Shown here piece by piece: positions 25,925 through 39,599 of a DNA stretch of 64,000 bases. The number at the start of each line of letters is the position of its first letter. The first letter of the stretch is position 1. A program made the position numbers and the translations under genes. Location of the stretch: contig NC_045697.1 in assembly GCF_009834535.1 (NCBI RefSeq), positions 94,614,001-94,678,000 of the forward strand. The letters run 5' to 3'. The DNA comes from Camelus ferus (taxonomy: Eukaryota). The notes beneath the pieces were generated by a model, which saw only the letters and a program-made list of their open reading frames with translations, was not told where the DNA came from and made no database searches.

Positions 25925-28900
25925 GAAGCTGCCTACCTGGCAGTACTACTTGTCACCACACGCTACTTGTTACATCTTACCTGACCTCCTATTGTCATAT
26001 TAGGATTGTGTATTCCTTTAAGGATATTTGACATTGCTTTTAAAAAATCGTGTTTGATTTCATTTGCAAATTATTTAATCAATATATTAAATCATTACCA
26101 GGATTATCCGATATTCAGCTATCTAAACTGAAAATAGTAAATGAGTCTAACTCAGTTTTTCTTACCTAAGACAATTTAACTAAACTGTAAAATACAATGA
26201 ACCTCATTTCATAACTGCAGAAAAGTCACCTTAGTATTCTGGAAATTAGTGTAGTTGTAAGATGTCAGCGTTTTGATCTCTGTTCACCAGTGGGATCAGG
26301 CTCATGTGTCTTGTAGATAAATTTAATTAAAGAGTTTGATATGTTATGATTAAGTGATGTGCACTCTTAAGACTAGCTGAAGTATACTGCTAAAATTATT
26401 TAATAAGTGGAGAAGAAGGTTAAGAAAAAGGTAAGAAATTAAATAGCATTATGTTTTAAAACTTTTTTCAACATTGTAGATTTGATCTTAAATAGGAAAC
26501 ATTAGGAACAGGTTGGAAGGTCATTTAATTAAGAGATCTCAGGAATGCTCAGACATGTCTTAATTTAAATATTGAACTTGACACATCACAGACTTTATTT
26601 GAAATTATTCCACATTTTTTATGGGTGAAGACGAAATAATATCATGATACATAAATGAGTTCCTGCCATAGTTACAGCACTGAAGAATGCTACACAGCCT
26701 ACTTAAGAAGAGGAAGACAACCTATATGGACATACATAGTGAAACAATTTCATAACTATATAGTATGAAAGCTCAGAGATTAAAGTTTTATTGAATTATA
26801 AGCTATGTGTAGAAAAATTATAGATGTGGGCTACCAATTACCACAGAATGGACCTGTTGGCCCAATTTTTCTTCCCTGTGCTCATATTTAGAAAAAAGTT
26901 TACAAGAAAGTAATAACTGCTCCTCATCCAATGCTGGATGTTAGATTTTTGATATATTTTAATTAATTGTTTTATTTCATATTCAAAACAATTTTGCTTT
27001 TCTGGCTAATATTAAAAAAGTTGTAATTTTTAAAGATTACCAATGCAATATCATGAAATGTAATTATGAGAATGACAAATCCATACTTTTGTGTTTTTGC
27101 TAAATCCTACTCTCAATTAAAATGATATACATAAAATAATAAATTATACATGAAGTATTAACATATTATAAAACCTAAATTTGAAAATGTATCTTTTTTA
27201 TGAGTGGAATAGGAAAGTCAGTGACAAGGTGAAAAGCAGTACAAATATTACATCAAAACGACAATAAAATGAAAATAAAAGCCCAATAGTTTATTTGCCC
27301 ATTAACATTAGTCCCGCCCATTAAAATTGAGGCTATAATTGTTCTGTTCAGCATATAGGGAGAGATTTTGGCAAAATGATATTGCTAAAAGTTTCAGAAC
27401 CCTTTAGGTAACACTGTAACCACAATGTCAGTGATTCTACAGTAGGTATGAACTCCAAGGAGTCAGCTTGCAATGCAGAGAATTCCCACTGCCAGTCGGG
27501 ACTTCTGGGTAAAAGTGCTTTAAATAATGTATGTAGTCAAAATAAATTTAGATACACTGATTACTTTAGCTTTCAGAGTAAAGAATTTTATTAGAAAATG
27601 TTCTTTTCAAGCACAGAAAAAAATCTTTAAAGTGTAAATAAGCCTTGGGGAGTTATTTCAACTAACGACACAGCCTGAAAAGAACTGAAGCAGCAAAATT
27701 CCATGTCTGAAGTTTAGATTGATTGTCACTACAGTATAGAATTTTATGGCCTCTCTGAAACAAAGAAAATATCACCTTCTAATGTGAAGTCATAATTTAA
27801 TTTCCTTAGTTGATATAAACTATTTTGCTGACTTTTAACAAACCCAGGAAAATGCTTAATGTTCATATATGTCTTCAGATATTATATGTGTCCATGACCT
27901 GAGCCAATAAAAATGGGTTGCAGGATTAGATATAAATTAAGTGGGGCTAGTTTACCCTTTCATTTTATGTAAAGAATTTTAGATAAATAATAAGTAAGGT
28001 TTGTTATCCTTTGCCAGACCACATGGAGGCTGCTTGGCTGTGGCAATATGGATACAAGGTACTAGATGATTCCAACATGTGTCTGGAAATGTCCACTGGA
28101 GACATGGGACCTAAAGATTTTGAGACCCAGGGAATATACCATCTCCCAGGGTCAACTTTAAAGTAGTCTGTTCATTGCCAAAAATATTTTTGTTAAAATA
28201 TGTGAAAGTCATCATAACAGTAGCCTAAATTTTTAATTTACCATTAAACTCTTTAATTATTTTTAGTCTACTCACATTTGTATAAGGTTTTAATGTATAT
28301 GCAGCAAAGATGTACTTTTAATATTTTCTCCCTCATACTTGGAAAGTAATTTGATAGTATCAATTGACATGGTTCCACCAAATAGTTCCAGTTAATATCA
28401 TCTATTTTAGTAAATTAATCTTTAGTTTTTGCATATATATGTATACACAATATACAGTTAAATTGTACATTGTCTTCTCATATGTTGTGCTCACAGATAA
28501 TTCAGTTTTTTTGTGTTCTTGTGTAAAACCTAGGTAGACACAGTAATTAAATATTAAGTATTTTAGTGCCAATGGCAGTAATGATTTTCGTCTCTTGTTA
28601 AAACTTCTGTTGCCTCAACTATTCATAACCGTACTCTGGAGTGGCTAAATAATATGTATTATGGACTCACCAATTAGGGCCCTGCTTCCTTAAAATCCTA
28701 GTTGCAAATTAGAGCTTGACCACACTAAATAGGAGCAATTGTGTTTCTCACTTAGTTCAACTTCAACAAATTCTTTCTTAAAGCCTTTAGGAAAAAAACA
28801 TACGATTTAATCAGCCTTGAATCTGTAATAGTTTTCAGAAATGAACTTGGTACATTTTTAAATTAGTTTTATATGCACAACTGCAAGCTATTGCTTTGAT

Positions 28901-29956
28901 TACCCAAGTTGCCAAGTGCTGCTGAGTGCGGATGGGCACCTTGTTTACTGGTAGAGAGCAGTGTCTTCTCACTGGGTAACATAAATGAATCATTACCTGT
29001 GGGCCATTAATGCTTCAGTGGTCACAATGCCTTCTTTATAGGCATGCCAAGCAAGGTAGGTAAAATCAACACATACAGGGCTAAGTCCATAGTAACTACC
29101 CAGCAGAGAATAGAGGTAACTAACTGGAAAATGCAGTGTAACACAAAAAATATTTAGGAAAAACTTGTAATGAAAAAAAACCACACACAATACATTCACC
29201 CAGTTCCCAACATTTGTCCCAAACTGTAATTAAATTGCGTTTACCCCTCACCCTGCCATCCTTGCCCTAAGAACAGGAATATTATTTCAAATTATGATTT
29301 GGGTATATATCATAACCCAAACCTTAGTAAGAGATCATTGATTAAGTAAATAGCTTAAGTGAAATAGAGACTAGCCATTTTTAAAAATATTATTCACTTT
29401 TAATCATTAGAATACAGGACTTGAAGTTCAGAATATTGCGTTTATTTTTGTTCTGCGATGTGTCAATATGAAAAATATGTGACAATATTTATTCAGTTAT
29501 TTTACATCTATAAAAAGGCCCTGAAGCTTCTATCTCACTCTTACATTTCTAGTAGAAGGATTATACCCACGGAAAGAACCCTAAACACAGAATCCTAGTA
29601 GTGAATCCCAGAATTTCATGAAGGAAAAACAAAACAAAAATGTGCATTAATTCCCTTTAGCTATCTTTGGCATATCTCTACAGTGACAAACTGGGAGTAT
29701 ATATAAATTGGTTATGCATATAAATTAAATGCTAAATATACCTCTAAACAAGTAATATACTTCAAGAAAAATGAGATGTTGCTTGAGAGAAATTTAGACA
29801 TTTAAACCAGTCATCTGGAAGGCTTCTTTCAACTATGTTGCCTTGATTCATAATACTGCTTTGGATTTTTTTTTAACAAAAGAGACCCTTAGTTGTCTAC
29901 ATTAAACCTAATACAATTACTTCTATTCCTACCTCATTAAAAATAAAAAGCTCTAT

Positions 29957-31095
29957 TGACTAATAATGTTGAACATCATTCATGGTCTTACCTGCTCTCA
30001 TGTACTGAATTGTATCCCCCTTCCAAATTCGTATGTTGAAACCCTAACCCCAAATCTGAGGTAAGAAAGGTTAAATGAAACCACAAGAGTGATGACTTAA
30101 TCTAATAAGACTGTAGTCCTTATTGTAAGAAGGGGAAGAGACACAAGAGAATTCTCGCTCTCTCTGCAAGCACACAGAGGAAGGACACAGGGGTAAGACG
30201 TCCATCTACAAGCCAGCAAGAGAGTCCTCACCAGAAACAAACCCTGACAGCCCCTTGATCTTAGACTTCTAGCCTTCAGAAATGCGGGGCAATAATTTTT
30301 ACGTTATGCAGCCCTGGCAGACTAATACACAACCTATCCATATTTATTCTTTATAAAATGTTTCTTCATGTGCTTTGCCCATTTTCTAATTGGATTGGTG
30401 CTATTTTTCATGTTGAGTTTTGAGAGTTCTTTATATACTCCAGATACTAGTGCTTGTCACACATGCGGTCTGCAATATTTTCTCCTAGTCTATAGCTTGT
30501 CTTTTCATTCTCTTAACAGAGTGTTTTGCAAAGAAAAGTTTAATATTAATGTAGTCTAATTTGTTTTTCCTTGTATGGGCCATGTTTTTAGTGTCATCTA
30601 AGTACTCTTTGCATAAGCCTTACTTCTGAAGATCTTCCCCACATTTTCCCTAGAAGTTTTATAACTTTGAATTTCCTATGTAAGTCTGTAATCCATTTTT
30701 AGTTACTTTTTGCATAACATATGAGACTTAGGTTGAGCTTCCTCTTTTTATCCATAGATGACGTCCAATTTGTTCTAGCACCACTTGCTGACAAAGTTAT
30801 CACACCCTCACTGAATTGTTTTTATGTCTTTGCAAAAATCACTTAGGCATATTTGTGTGGGCCTTTTTGAGGTACTCTGGTCTGTTTCATTGATCTATGT
30901 GTTTATCTGTCAAATACTACACAGTATCTATATCAATATTACAGTCTTCAGTACCCAATTATTCCATTTGTATTCTTTTTTATTTAAAATTGTTTTAGTG
31001 ATTGAAGATACTTTGCCTTTCTATATAAATATTAGAATAATCTTGTTTGTATCTACAAACTATTTTGTGATTTTGATAGAAAATATGTTAAACCT
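29957..31095 (-). mobile_element. Old L1 (L1MC/ME-type) ORF2 fragment interrupted by an MLT1 LTR
   Basis: gactaataatgttgaacatc...|...tgctttgcccattttctaattggatt...ttgagagttctttatata; the L1 text joins across 29993-30329. Confidence 0.8.
29993..30329 (+). mobile_element. MaLR solo LTR (MLT1A/B-like) inserted in L1
   Basis: ccaaattcgtatgttgaaaccctaacccc...ttgatcttagacttctagccttcagaa...gactaataca; flanks ttacc/caacc may be a degraded TSD. Confidence 0.85.
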
Positions 31096-31730
31096 GTGTT
31101 TTTTTTTATACTCACTCTACTTCTGACATCAGATATGTGGTTTTTTCCACGCCAAGCAATTGTCCTCTTGATGGAAACTGACTAGTATCCTACAATTTAA
31201 CTCAATTCTGACAGTATTTGCTGAGATTAGTGCAGATCCCACAGGTTCAGTCCCACAAGACTGGCCCCTACTTCAGATGCCAATTTATAGCCAAGTTATT
31301 CAGGTACTTCTAACTGACTGGCTATAAATTGGGTGCTCCCATGACTCTCTTCTTGGGTTTGATAATTTGTTAGGACTCACAGAACTCAAGAAAGCACTTA
31401 AATTCCCACTACTGGTTTATTATAAAGGATATAATTCAGGAACAGCCAAATGGAAGAGATGAATAGGACAAGGTATGTGGGAAGGAGTGCAGAATGTTCA
31501 TGACCTATCCAGATACACCATCCTCCCAGCACTTCCATATGGTCACCAACACAGAAGCCCTCCTAAGTCTTTTGTTCAGAATTTTAATGAAGGTTTCATT
31601 ACATATGCAAGATTGATTAAATCATTGGCCTTTGGTGACTGAACTTAATATGTAGCTTCTCTTCTCTCCTAAGGTCGGGGGTATAGGACTGAAGTTTCCA
31701 AATCTCTAATCACATGGTTGGTGTCTTCAG
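31096..31730. mobile_element. LTR, MER21-like
   Basis: caattctgaca...cagatcccacagg...cacaagactggcccctacttcagatgccaat...ggactcacagaactca matches the recalled MER21 pattern. Confidence 0.75.
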
Positions 31731-32583
31731 GAGGGTGGGGAGTGGTACCACCTCCTCAATGCCATATGGTGTAAACTCTGCCTTCCTCATCTGCCCCTTT
31801 TGACAGCTTAAGGTGTGGGCTCCTTTTCAGTACTAGGTAGCAGTGATAGTGCTGAACCCCACTAAGCATTCATTGATAGTTCTCTGATGAGGAGTAGGAG
31901 TCTTGCTACCCTTCCTCACATGACTTCCACTGACACCATGGGGAAGAGATGGTGATGGCCTCTTTATTATTGGGTTATGATGAAAGTGCTCTCTATTCAT
32001 TCGGCCTCCCCCAACCCTCTTTTGTCACCCCAGTGGTAAGGGAGAAAACTGCCTTATCTCTGCTGGTTTTTGATGAAAGTCCAACCTCCTTACTCAGCCT
32101 TCTCTGAAACCACCTTAGGGCATTAAGAGTGATTTGTTACAACTTAGCAACATTGGATGTCTACCCTTCCAACTGGGCCTTTGCTAGCATGGGTCGGTTG
32201 TGCCCTAATGTTTTCTGTTGTGTTTTTCTGGATTGTAGTGGTTATAATCTACAAGTTTTTGTTTTGCTGGGATACTCCTTTCATGATCATTTGGCTATAG
32301 AGAGAGGCTTCTGTTTAATATCTTTTTACCTGTACCTGCTTGCATTTTGGGGTTGTTGCCTTCTTTAGCTTCAAGTCTGGGATATATATAAAGCAAAAAT
32401 AAAACCTAGGGAAGTCCTTTGTTATTGTATTCCAAAGTCTCTAGCTATCTGTCCTCCCTCTAACTTTTAGAGTCTTCTAATGTTTGTTTTATATCAGGAT
32501 TACACTTGTTTAGCTATACCTTCCTTGGTTATACTCATTGAGAGGAATTGGGAAAAGTATGTCTACTCTATCTTCCAGGAAGC
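31731..32583 (-). mobile_element. Old L1 5' region (L1MC-type 5' end)
   Basis: Ends gggaaaagtatgtctactctatcttccaggaagc, the reverse of a recalled L1MC 5' terminus. Confidence 0.6.
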
Positions 32584-33449
32584 CAAAAAACTGAGTTTTC
32601 TTTTTGGGGAGTAAATTCAAGATATTTTATAAGACACAGGAAAATACTATCCCATTATTTAAAAACATCCAACTTGTGACAAAAATAGTATTTTCTAATA
32701 TAACTGGAGGTGATGACAAATACTAGGATCCAAATATCTAGTAAGGAATAGGTATGTAATTATGCTGCTTAGAGAATGGAACCAGACTGGAAATTTTAAT
32801 TTGAAAGCTATTTGCATGTTGGTAATTGGTCAATTGTGAAAATGACTGAGGTTGTTAAGAAAAAAATTTAGAGTGAGAAAAGGAAGACAAAATACAAAAC
32901 TTTGAAGACAGCAATGAACTGAATTCAGAAAAACAGCAAGCAAGAGATTTGCTATCTTCCCAAAATCTGTGAAGAAATAGAAAAGCTTATCCTTTTACTT
33001 TTATATTCTCTAAACATAGTTTTGCAAATACATACTAAAAAATTAATAAGCACTCCTTATGATAAACTAGGATCTCTGCTTCAAAAGACATTTGTCATAT
33101 TTCAATACATTAAAAAAAAGGTATACCTTGAGCTTTACAGATGTTGAAGGCAGGAAATACACATACACACACACACACACACATTTGAGTTACTGACACA
33201 AACATGGAAATAACTGCATAGTCTATTTCTCCATCTCTTTATATTACAAAGCATCATTTAGGGAGTTTGGTAATATGAAATTCTGTGAAGTCAGGATAGA
33301 CTTATTCATTTAGACTTAAAATTTACTTCTTTATATTCTGAAAAATGAAATGTTTACTCATATCAATAGCAGATAAATACCTTTGATCTTGATATCAACT
33401 GTAATTCTCCTGATAAACAAATATATTGAATTGAGAAGTATATTTACTT

Positions 33450-34545
33450 TTTTTCCTTTATGAAACTCCAGCATATTGGCAGTAAAGGCATACAATTTTA
33501 TAAACCAAAAAAGACAAAGAGAACAGGAGCAAGGATGACAGAAGATAAGAAATGTCAGTGAAATTACAGAAGGGTAAGTAGTTTATAATAGTAAGTAATT
33601 CAGCAGAATAGGGAATGTTGAAACCTAAATGCTAAGGGAAAAAACAGAAAAAATCAAGCTGAACTGTTTTGTGAAAAGTCACAAAGACTCAGTTACTGGA
33701 GTAAACAAATACATCAAGAGAAAGGAGTAATTAGGATGGTTGAAAATGAGATAGTTAGAAGTTGAAAGTAATCTATTCTAGAATTCCTACTCTCTCCCCA
33801 AATATCCAAGCAATTACCAGTCTCCAATTTAGAACAGTATTTCATGATTTACACAAAAAATTATCATATTTCCACCAGATTGCCTAAATGGAAGCCCCAT
33901 TTATATCTAGCCTTGTTCATGCTATAAAAGTATATTCACACGAAAGATGAATAAAGTCTTTTACCATAAAAGTCAAAGATGAAAGGAAGAGAAAAACAAC
34001 AATCAAAAAACAGAAATAATTCAGAGAGCAGGAATATATATGTGTGTATATATTTATAATACAATTATTACCAAAAAGAGAATATTTGTGTATATTTATG
34101 TGTACCTATATAAACACTACTATCTTAGAAGAGTTAATATAATTTGTTGCATCCATGATATATAAAAAAGACACCATAAATTAAAAACAATCAGAACTAG
34201 AAAGAGTTCATGGAAATAAAAAAATATGGTCAGGAATTTTAACAAAATCCAATAGGACAGTTCAAAGAGAAAATACAGAAAGTCACCAGAAACATAAAAC
34301 AAATGAAGAAGAGATTTAAAAAGAGAGAAAGAAAAGACAAGAAAATAAAATAATTTAAAAAAATAATTCTAATTGCCAATGAAGTCTAAAGAAAGAAATG
34401 ACAAAAGTAGAAGAAAGAAATGATCAAAGAAATAATTCAAGAAAATTTCCTGGGACTCCAAGATGCATTTTTATGCCAAAGAACTTACAGAATTAGCAGA
34501 TCAATGAATGCCAAAGGTTTACTCCAAAGGCACATCATAAACCAT
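33450..34545 (+). mobile_element. Degraded L1ME/HAL1 5'/ORF1 region
   Basis: A-rich strand with atcaaagaaataattcaagaaaatttcc...aaggcacatcata, an ORF1-like motif. Confidence 0.55.
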
Positions 34546-34559
34546 TGTTAAATCAAAAT

Positions 34560-34640
34560 CTATTTTCATTATATAGGTTACTGTAAGATATTGAATATAG
34601 TTCCCTGTGTTATACAGTATAAACTTGTTTATCTATTTTA
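34560..34640 (-). mobile_element. Short young L1 3'UTR fragment
   Basis: ataggttactgtaagatattgaatatagttccctgtgttatacagtat...gtttatctattttatata, close to 13660-13755 and 61620-61680. Confidence 0.85.
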
Positions 34641-36496
34641 TATACAGTAGTTAGTATATAGGGTTGATTAAATTGATTAAAATTTCATTAAGTTGACAGT
34701 AAATCATGAAAAATTTTATGACATTTTACTATGTTATTTTGACCATAAAACTCTTTGTTATAAAAATAATTGAATGACATCACTGTAACAAAATTCTAAC
34801 CAATATTACCTAACTTTGTATGTGAAAACATAGTTCTTAAAACTTTCATCAAAAAACGCCAAAAGGTAAGAATAAAATTAATGGTAAAGCCAAATCATTC
34901 TACAAAGTCAGTATGTATCCACAGATGATATATAATTAGAAAAAAAAAAAAGGCATTCCACAACAATGTTAATTGGTTCAGGCTTAGAATTTATCTCTTG
35001 TGTTTTCACTTTTGGAAATGGTTCTACAGGTGGTTCAAACCAATCTTCTTTCATTCAACAACTAGGCAAGCTGGACAAAATATTTCAAATGTCTTACTGA
35101 AAACTCTGAATACTTGAGAGAATAACTGAGGTTGTGAGGATTTATGTATCTGAAGCCCAGGGAGGGAGAAAAGTCCAGAGAGGTGAGCTTAGCTATAAGG
35201 GTGACTTTCAACTAGAGACATTTGTCTGTTGTCATAGTGAAAAGAAAGCTGTGTGAGGAACTCTAAGAAGCTAAGCAGAACTTTTAATATCCACCCTGGA
35301 TTGAGGGACCAACATTTAAATTCCAGGGTCTGACAAGGAAAAAGTTCATTATTAACAGCACTCTCTTGAATCGCATCTCTTCTTGAACCCTTAGTTCTCC
35401 TTTTAATTTTTTAATACAGTGCTATCAACATAAAAGAGAGCAGCAAGATAGGGCAAGCAAGGACACCATATGCTGAGGAGAAATGGGAGAGGTAAATACA
35501 TGGGTACATCTAAATTAATATGTACTCTATAAAGAAATAATAATACAATGAGAGTTAAAGAAAGATTTAAAAATACATGCCAACAATAATATTACAATAA
35601 TATAAAACACTTCCCATTATTGACCATATGTTGGATCACAAAGCCGATCTCAACAAATGCCAAAGGTATCAATTATGGTAAAAATGTATTTCACACATTT
35701 TTTAAATAAGGAAAGTGTGTGCTAATTTCAAATACTTTATATTAAGTCTTAATATTGCTTCAGATATAAATGAGTATAAAATCTTCTCATTCTGGTCAGT
35801 AAACATAAATATTATACCTTGGAAAATGAAAAAAAAAGATAAAATATATCTTTTTTCCTAATAAAGAAATACTACTGTTCTTACTATTAGGTATGGAATA
35901 AAAGTTTCTCTAACAATATTTTCCTTATGCTTCAATCTGTTTATAAACAAATGTACAATGTTTTCTTCATGCTGGAGAAATTAATCAGGAGATTATAAAT
36001 TCATATCAAAGAAAAATCTGGAAATTATCTTTAAAAATATTTATGGTGGCAAACACTGATTTGAATCACCAGTTCCCCCATTTTTTATCTTATTAGAAGA
36101 CAAACCACACTCAGGAAGAAAATAACAATGAAAGGCAAATTTGGGGAGTGATATTATCTAAATTCGATGAGTATTAGCTTGTCCAAATTAGAAGCTGACC
36201 TTGTTTCACACTAAAGACTTGGGAGAAATCAGCCCAGCCTAGCCCCAAAAGAAACTAGGTCAATCAAATTCCAAAAGTAGGATTTATGAAATTTAAGATT
36301 AGTGTTTACACAGAGTCTCAGGGTACTTTATTATTAAAGTCTTAATTTCTAAAATATAATTAAACCTAATCAGATATTATATTAAGGAGGGAAAGCAAGA
36401 AATTAAGATGAGGATGACTTGGTCGACATTAATTGATAGAGATGTACCTAACATGGGTTAGATCTGCTTTGGGAAGAATAATGCACATCACATAGA

Positions 36497-36620
36497 TTTT
36501 TGTTGTTGTTGTTGTTGTTTTTCAATAACCATTTTTTTAATGGAGGTACTAGGGATTGAACCCAGGACCTCATGCATGCTAAGCATGTGCTCTATCATTG
36601 AACTATACCCCTGCCCTCTT
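36497..36620 (-). mobile_element. tRNA-derived SINE (camelid vic-1-like) with A/(AAC)n tail
   Basis: Reverse strand has A/B boxes (ggttcaatccc); cacatca occurs on both flanks (36484-36490, 36622-36628) as a probable TSD core. Confidence 0.88.
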
Positions 36621-36984
36621 ACACATCATTTAAATATGATCCCTTCATGAAGCCTAACTCACCTTCTCATAGGATGTGATATCATTCATGATTATGTAGA
36701 AATATTTGTTTGACAAGCTATGCTAATTGGCCCTGGGGCAGTTTGACAATGTTGATCACTCCCCCATCCTCTACCCCCAAACACCCCAATTGTTACTAAG
36801 ATCCTTTGATCTTTTTATTATTCTACTAACTAGATTCCTAGGATTGCTCCTTATGCCTCTTACACCACCCTGTCTTCTGGGAGAGACTGTTCTGCCTAGA
36901 GCTGAGCTTTCTAGGAAGTCTAAATGCACATGGATAACAGTATTTGAGAAAATTTCTATAATATGGTGAGGACCAACTTTGTCA

Positions 36985-37140
36985 CACATTTACAAGGTAC
37001 TTTACATGAATTAAGAATAGGTAGTGGCTACAATCTCCATTTACAAAACCTGAAACTTGTAAGAAGTAGGTCAATTGCTTAATATTATACAGCGACTATG
37101 GAAAGTGGCATTTGAATACTTCTTATCCATTTTCACAACT
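36985..37140 (-). mobile_element. MIR SINE
   Basis: atctccatttacaaaacctgaaactt...aggtcaattgcttaatattatacagc...gtggcatttgaa MIR core. Confidence 0.6.
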
Positions 37141-39599
37141 CATGTACCTAGTCGCCCCATAAAACCTCATAAGAAGCATATACTCTGCTATGTGACCCAT
37201 CTCTCTCACTGCAGCAACTGAATGGAATACATGTATATATATACACACAAACAAGTAATGTCTAAGGTGAACAGCCACAAAATACCTGCTGCACAAGGAT
37301 GGTCTTTACTATAACAACTATCAGAAATAGTCAAATCCTTTCTTTTATGCATTTGATTTTTAAAAAATATCCAATTCAGAGACTACAGCAGAAAGCTTAA
37401 ATATATAAACATGTATATATAAAGAGGTTAAGGTTAAGTTGGTTTAAAATGGATGCTTTTAAATTTTTCTCTGTAAATTAGAAAGCACAATAATTTGCAA
37501 AGAATAAGGGCAAGGTGGTTGGGTCAGAAACTTGAAAAGAGTAAATATTTTAAAATAGTACAGAGAACCAGAGAATAAACCAATTTAGAGAAATATTGTG
37601 GAATTTCTGAGCAGTTTAGTTGTCCCTATTAAAAACAATGAAAATAACTTTATAACTCCCTAATTAAGTGATGATCTTTAGTAACCCTTGGCAACCCAGA
37701 CACAAGTGTAAATAAGTAGAACTAGGAAGTCCTCTAGAATTTAGGTTTTAGCCACATTGGCATGACAAATGGGTTAATGGATACAAGAATTGAACACACT
37801 GACAAAATAATGAAATAATGGACAGCTTAATACAAACATAATTCAATAGAACATGGTTGTAGGACCTGAAAAATTAGACACCATTTCCCTCTGAAAAAAA
37901 TATGTTTGCCTCCCTTTTGCCTGAAATGAATATGGAATTTGAGAGCAATGAATGACACAAATTACACAGATGTCTTCAGGCTTCCTTTGCTCCCGTGGTT
38001 CTGTAATGCCAAGGTGCTATTCTCACTGGTTTCAACACTTTCCATAAAGATGGGATTTTCCAAGCTTTTCAATGTTTCTAGGCCCCAGCAATATCGTGAA
38101 TCTGTCAACCATTTGGTCATGTAATAGCTCTCTTCCTGAACTTTTCAGCTAATTCTGTGTGAACTATTTAGACTCGGAACCAAGAAGAAGCTAAGTGTTC
38201 ACATCCATTTTATAGTTCCCTCAGAGTATAAAATGCGACCTCATGATGATATCCTGTCAATTTTTTTTTTACTTCCTTAGAACACTAAGGTGTATTTTTC
38301 CTATATTTACAGCAACTTAAAAAATGAGGCAGCACAATTTGTAAAAGCAAGAGTTTAGGCACTAAGATTAAAAGAACTTAGATGTTTCCCATAGATTTTC
38401 TCAGCAAAGAAACTCATGTATTTTGGTTGATTTTGCTTAAAAACAATTGACAATAATCACAGCCAGTCAACTTCATTTGAATGAGAAAAATAATTACATG
38501 TTTATGTCAAGTGATATTAAACTCCATGTGAGAACTGTTCAAGTGTGTCCTATGACAAAATTGAAGACAAAAAAATGTCTAATAGGTGGAAAAAGCCCAC
38601 AGAGACTTAATGTTTGAAAAAGCCCATAATAGACTTGATGTTTCCAAGAAGTAGAAGACAGGTGATATTGGGATTTTTATAGAAAATAGTCTGCTGGGAT
38701 CTGAGAGTGTCTGACGTCAGAGCTGGTACACTTTAAAGTGAGTTGATCGCAGATGCTGCAAAAGGAAAACTCACTGATGATAAGGAAGTCAAAGAGCTGA
38801 GAGGCCAGGGTTTGAACGGGTCATCCATGTCTTGAACCTACCTAGATTTATGGCAGTTCTTAAGACGAAAAGTATCTAAGCCGATATCTCCATGAGTTAG
38901 TGAATGAATGAATAACATGGTCATACTCTGAAACTTCAACTGGAGTTTTCTACTTTTTTATTTATTCAGTAATACATATCATTAGCTATCTGAACAATTC
39001 TAATAGCCTCCTATATGGACTGTGTGAAGACTTTTAGCTTTTTCCAACATATTCCCTAAGCTGGCATCAGTTATTTTAATAATGTGCTTTCTTACAAAAC
39101 GACTTCCCGCTTTCAAAACATAAAACACAATGGCTTTCACAATCTAGCTCCACTTCAAATTTCCATCTGTCCTATCTCTCTGTCCTATCTCTATATTAAA
39201 CATCCGTCACTTGTTCTTTATTCTCAGTGTGCCACATAACATTTTATGTATTTTATTCCATCTGCTTTTTTGTCCTCCTGGTATTCCAGGAACATTCCTC
39301 TACACGCATCCATCCACTCATTCAAAAATTAATACTGACTGTGACATTCAAGTTCTCAGCAGTAAAGATAAGTTGGTTAACAAGCTAGATTATTTCCCAA
39401 GAAATAAGTAAATAAACAAATGAACCCAAAATCATTAATTATGATGTGCTTAGTTAAAAAAAAAAAAACAAAAAGGAACCATGACACATGCTACTTTTAC
39501 TTTTCTTTTTGGAAGTAGAAATCTAATTTTGGTAGAATTTTAGGAATGACTTCTCACAGAAGGTGACTCCGCTGAAATATGAAGTTAAGGATAACTAAG

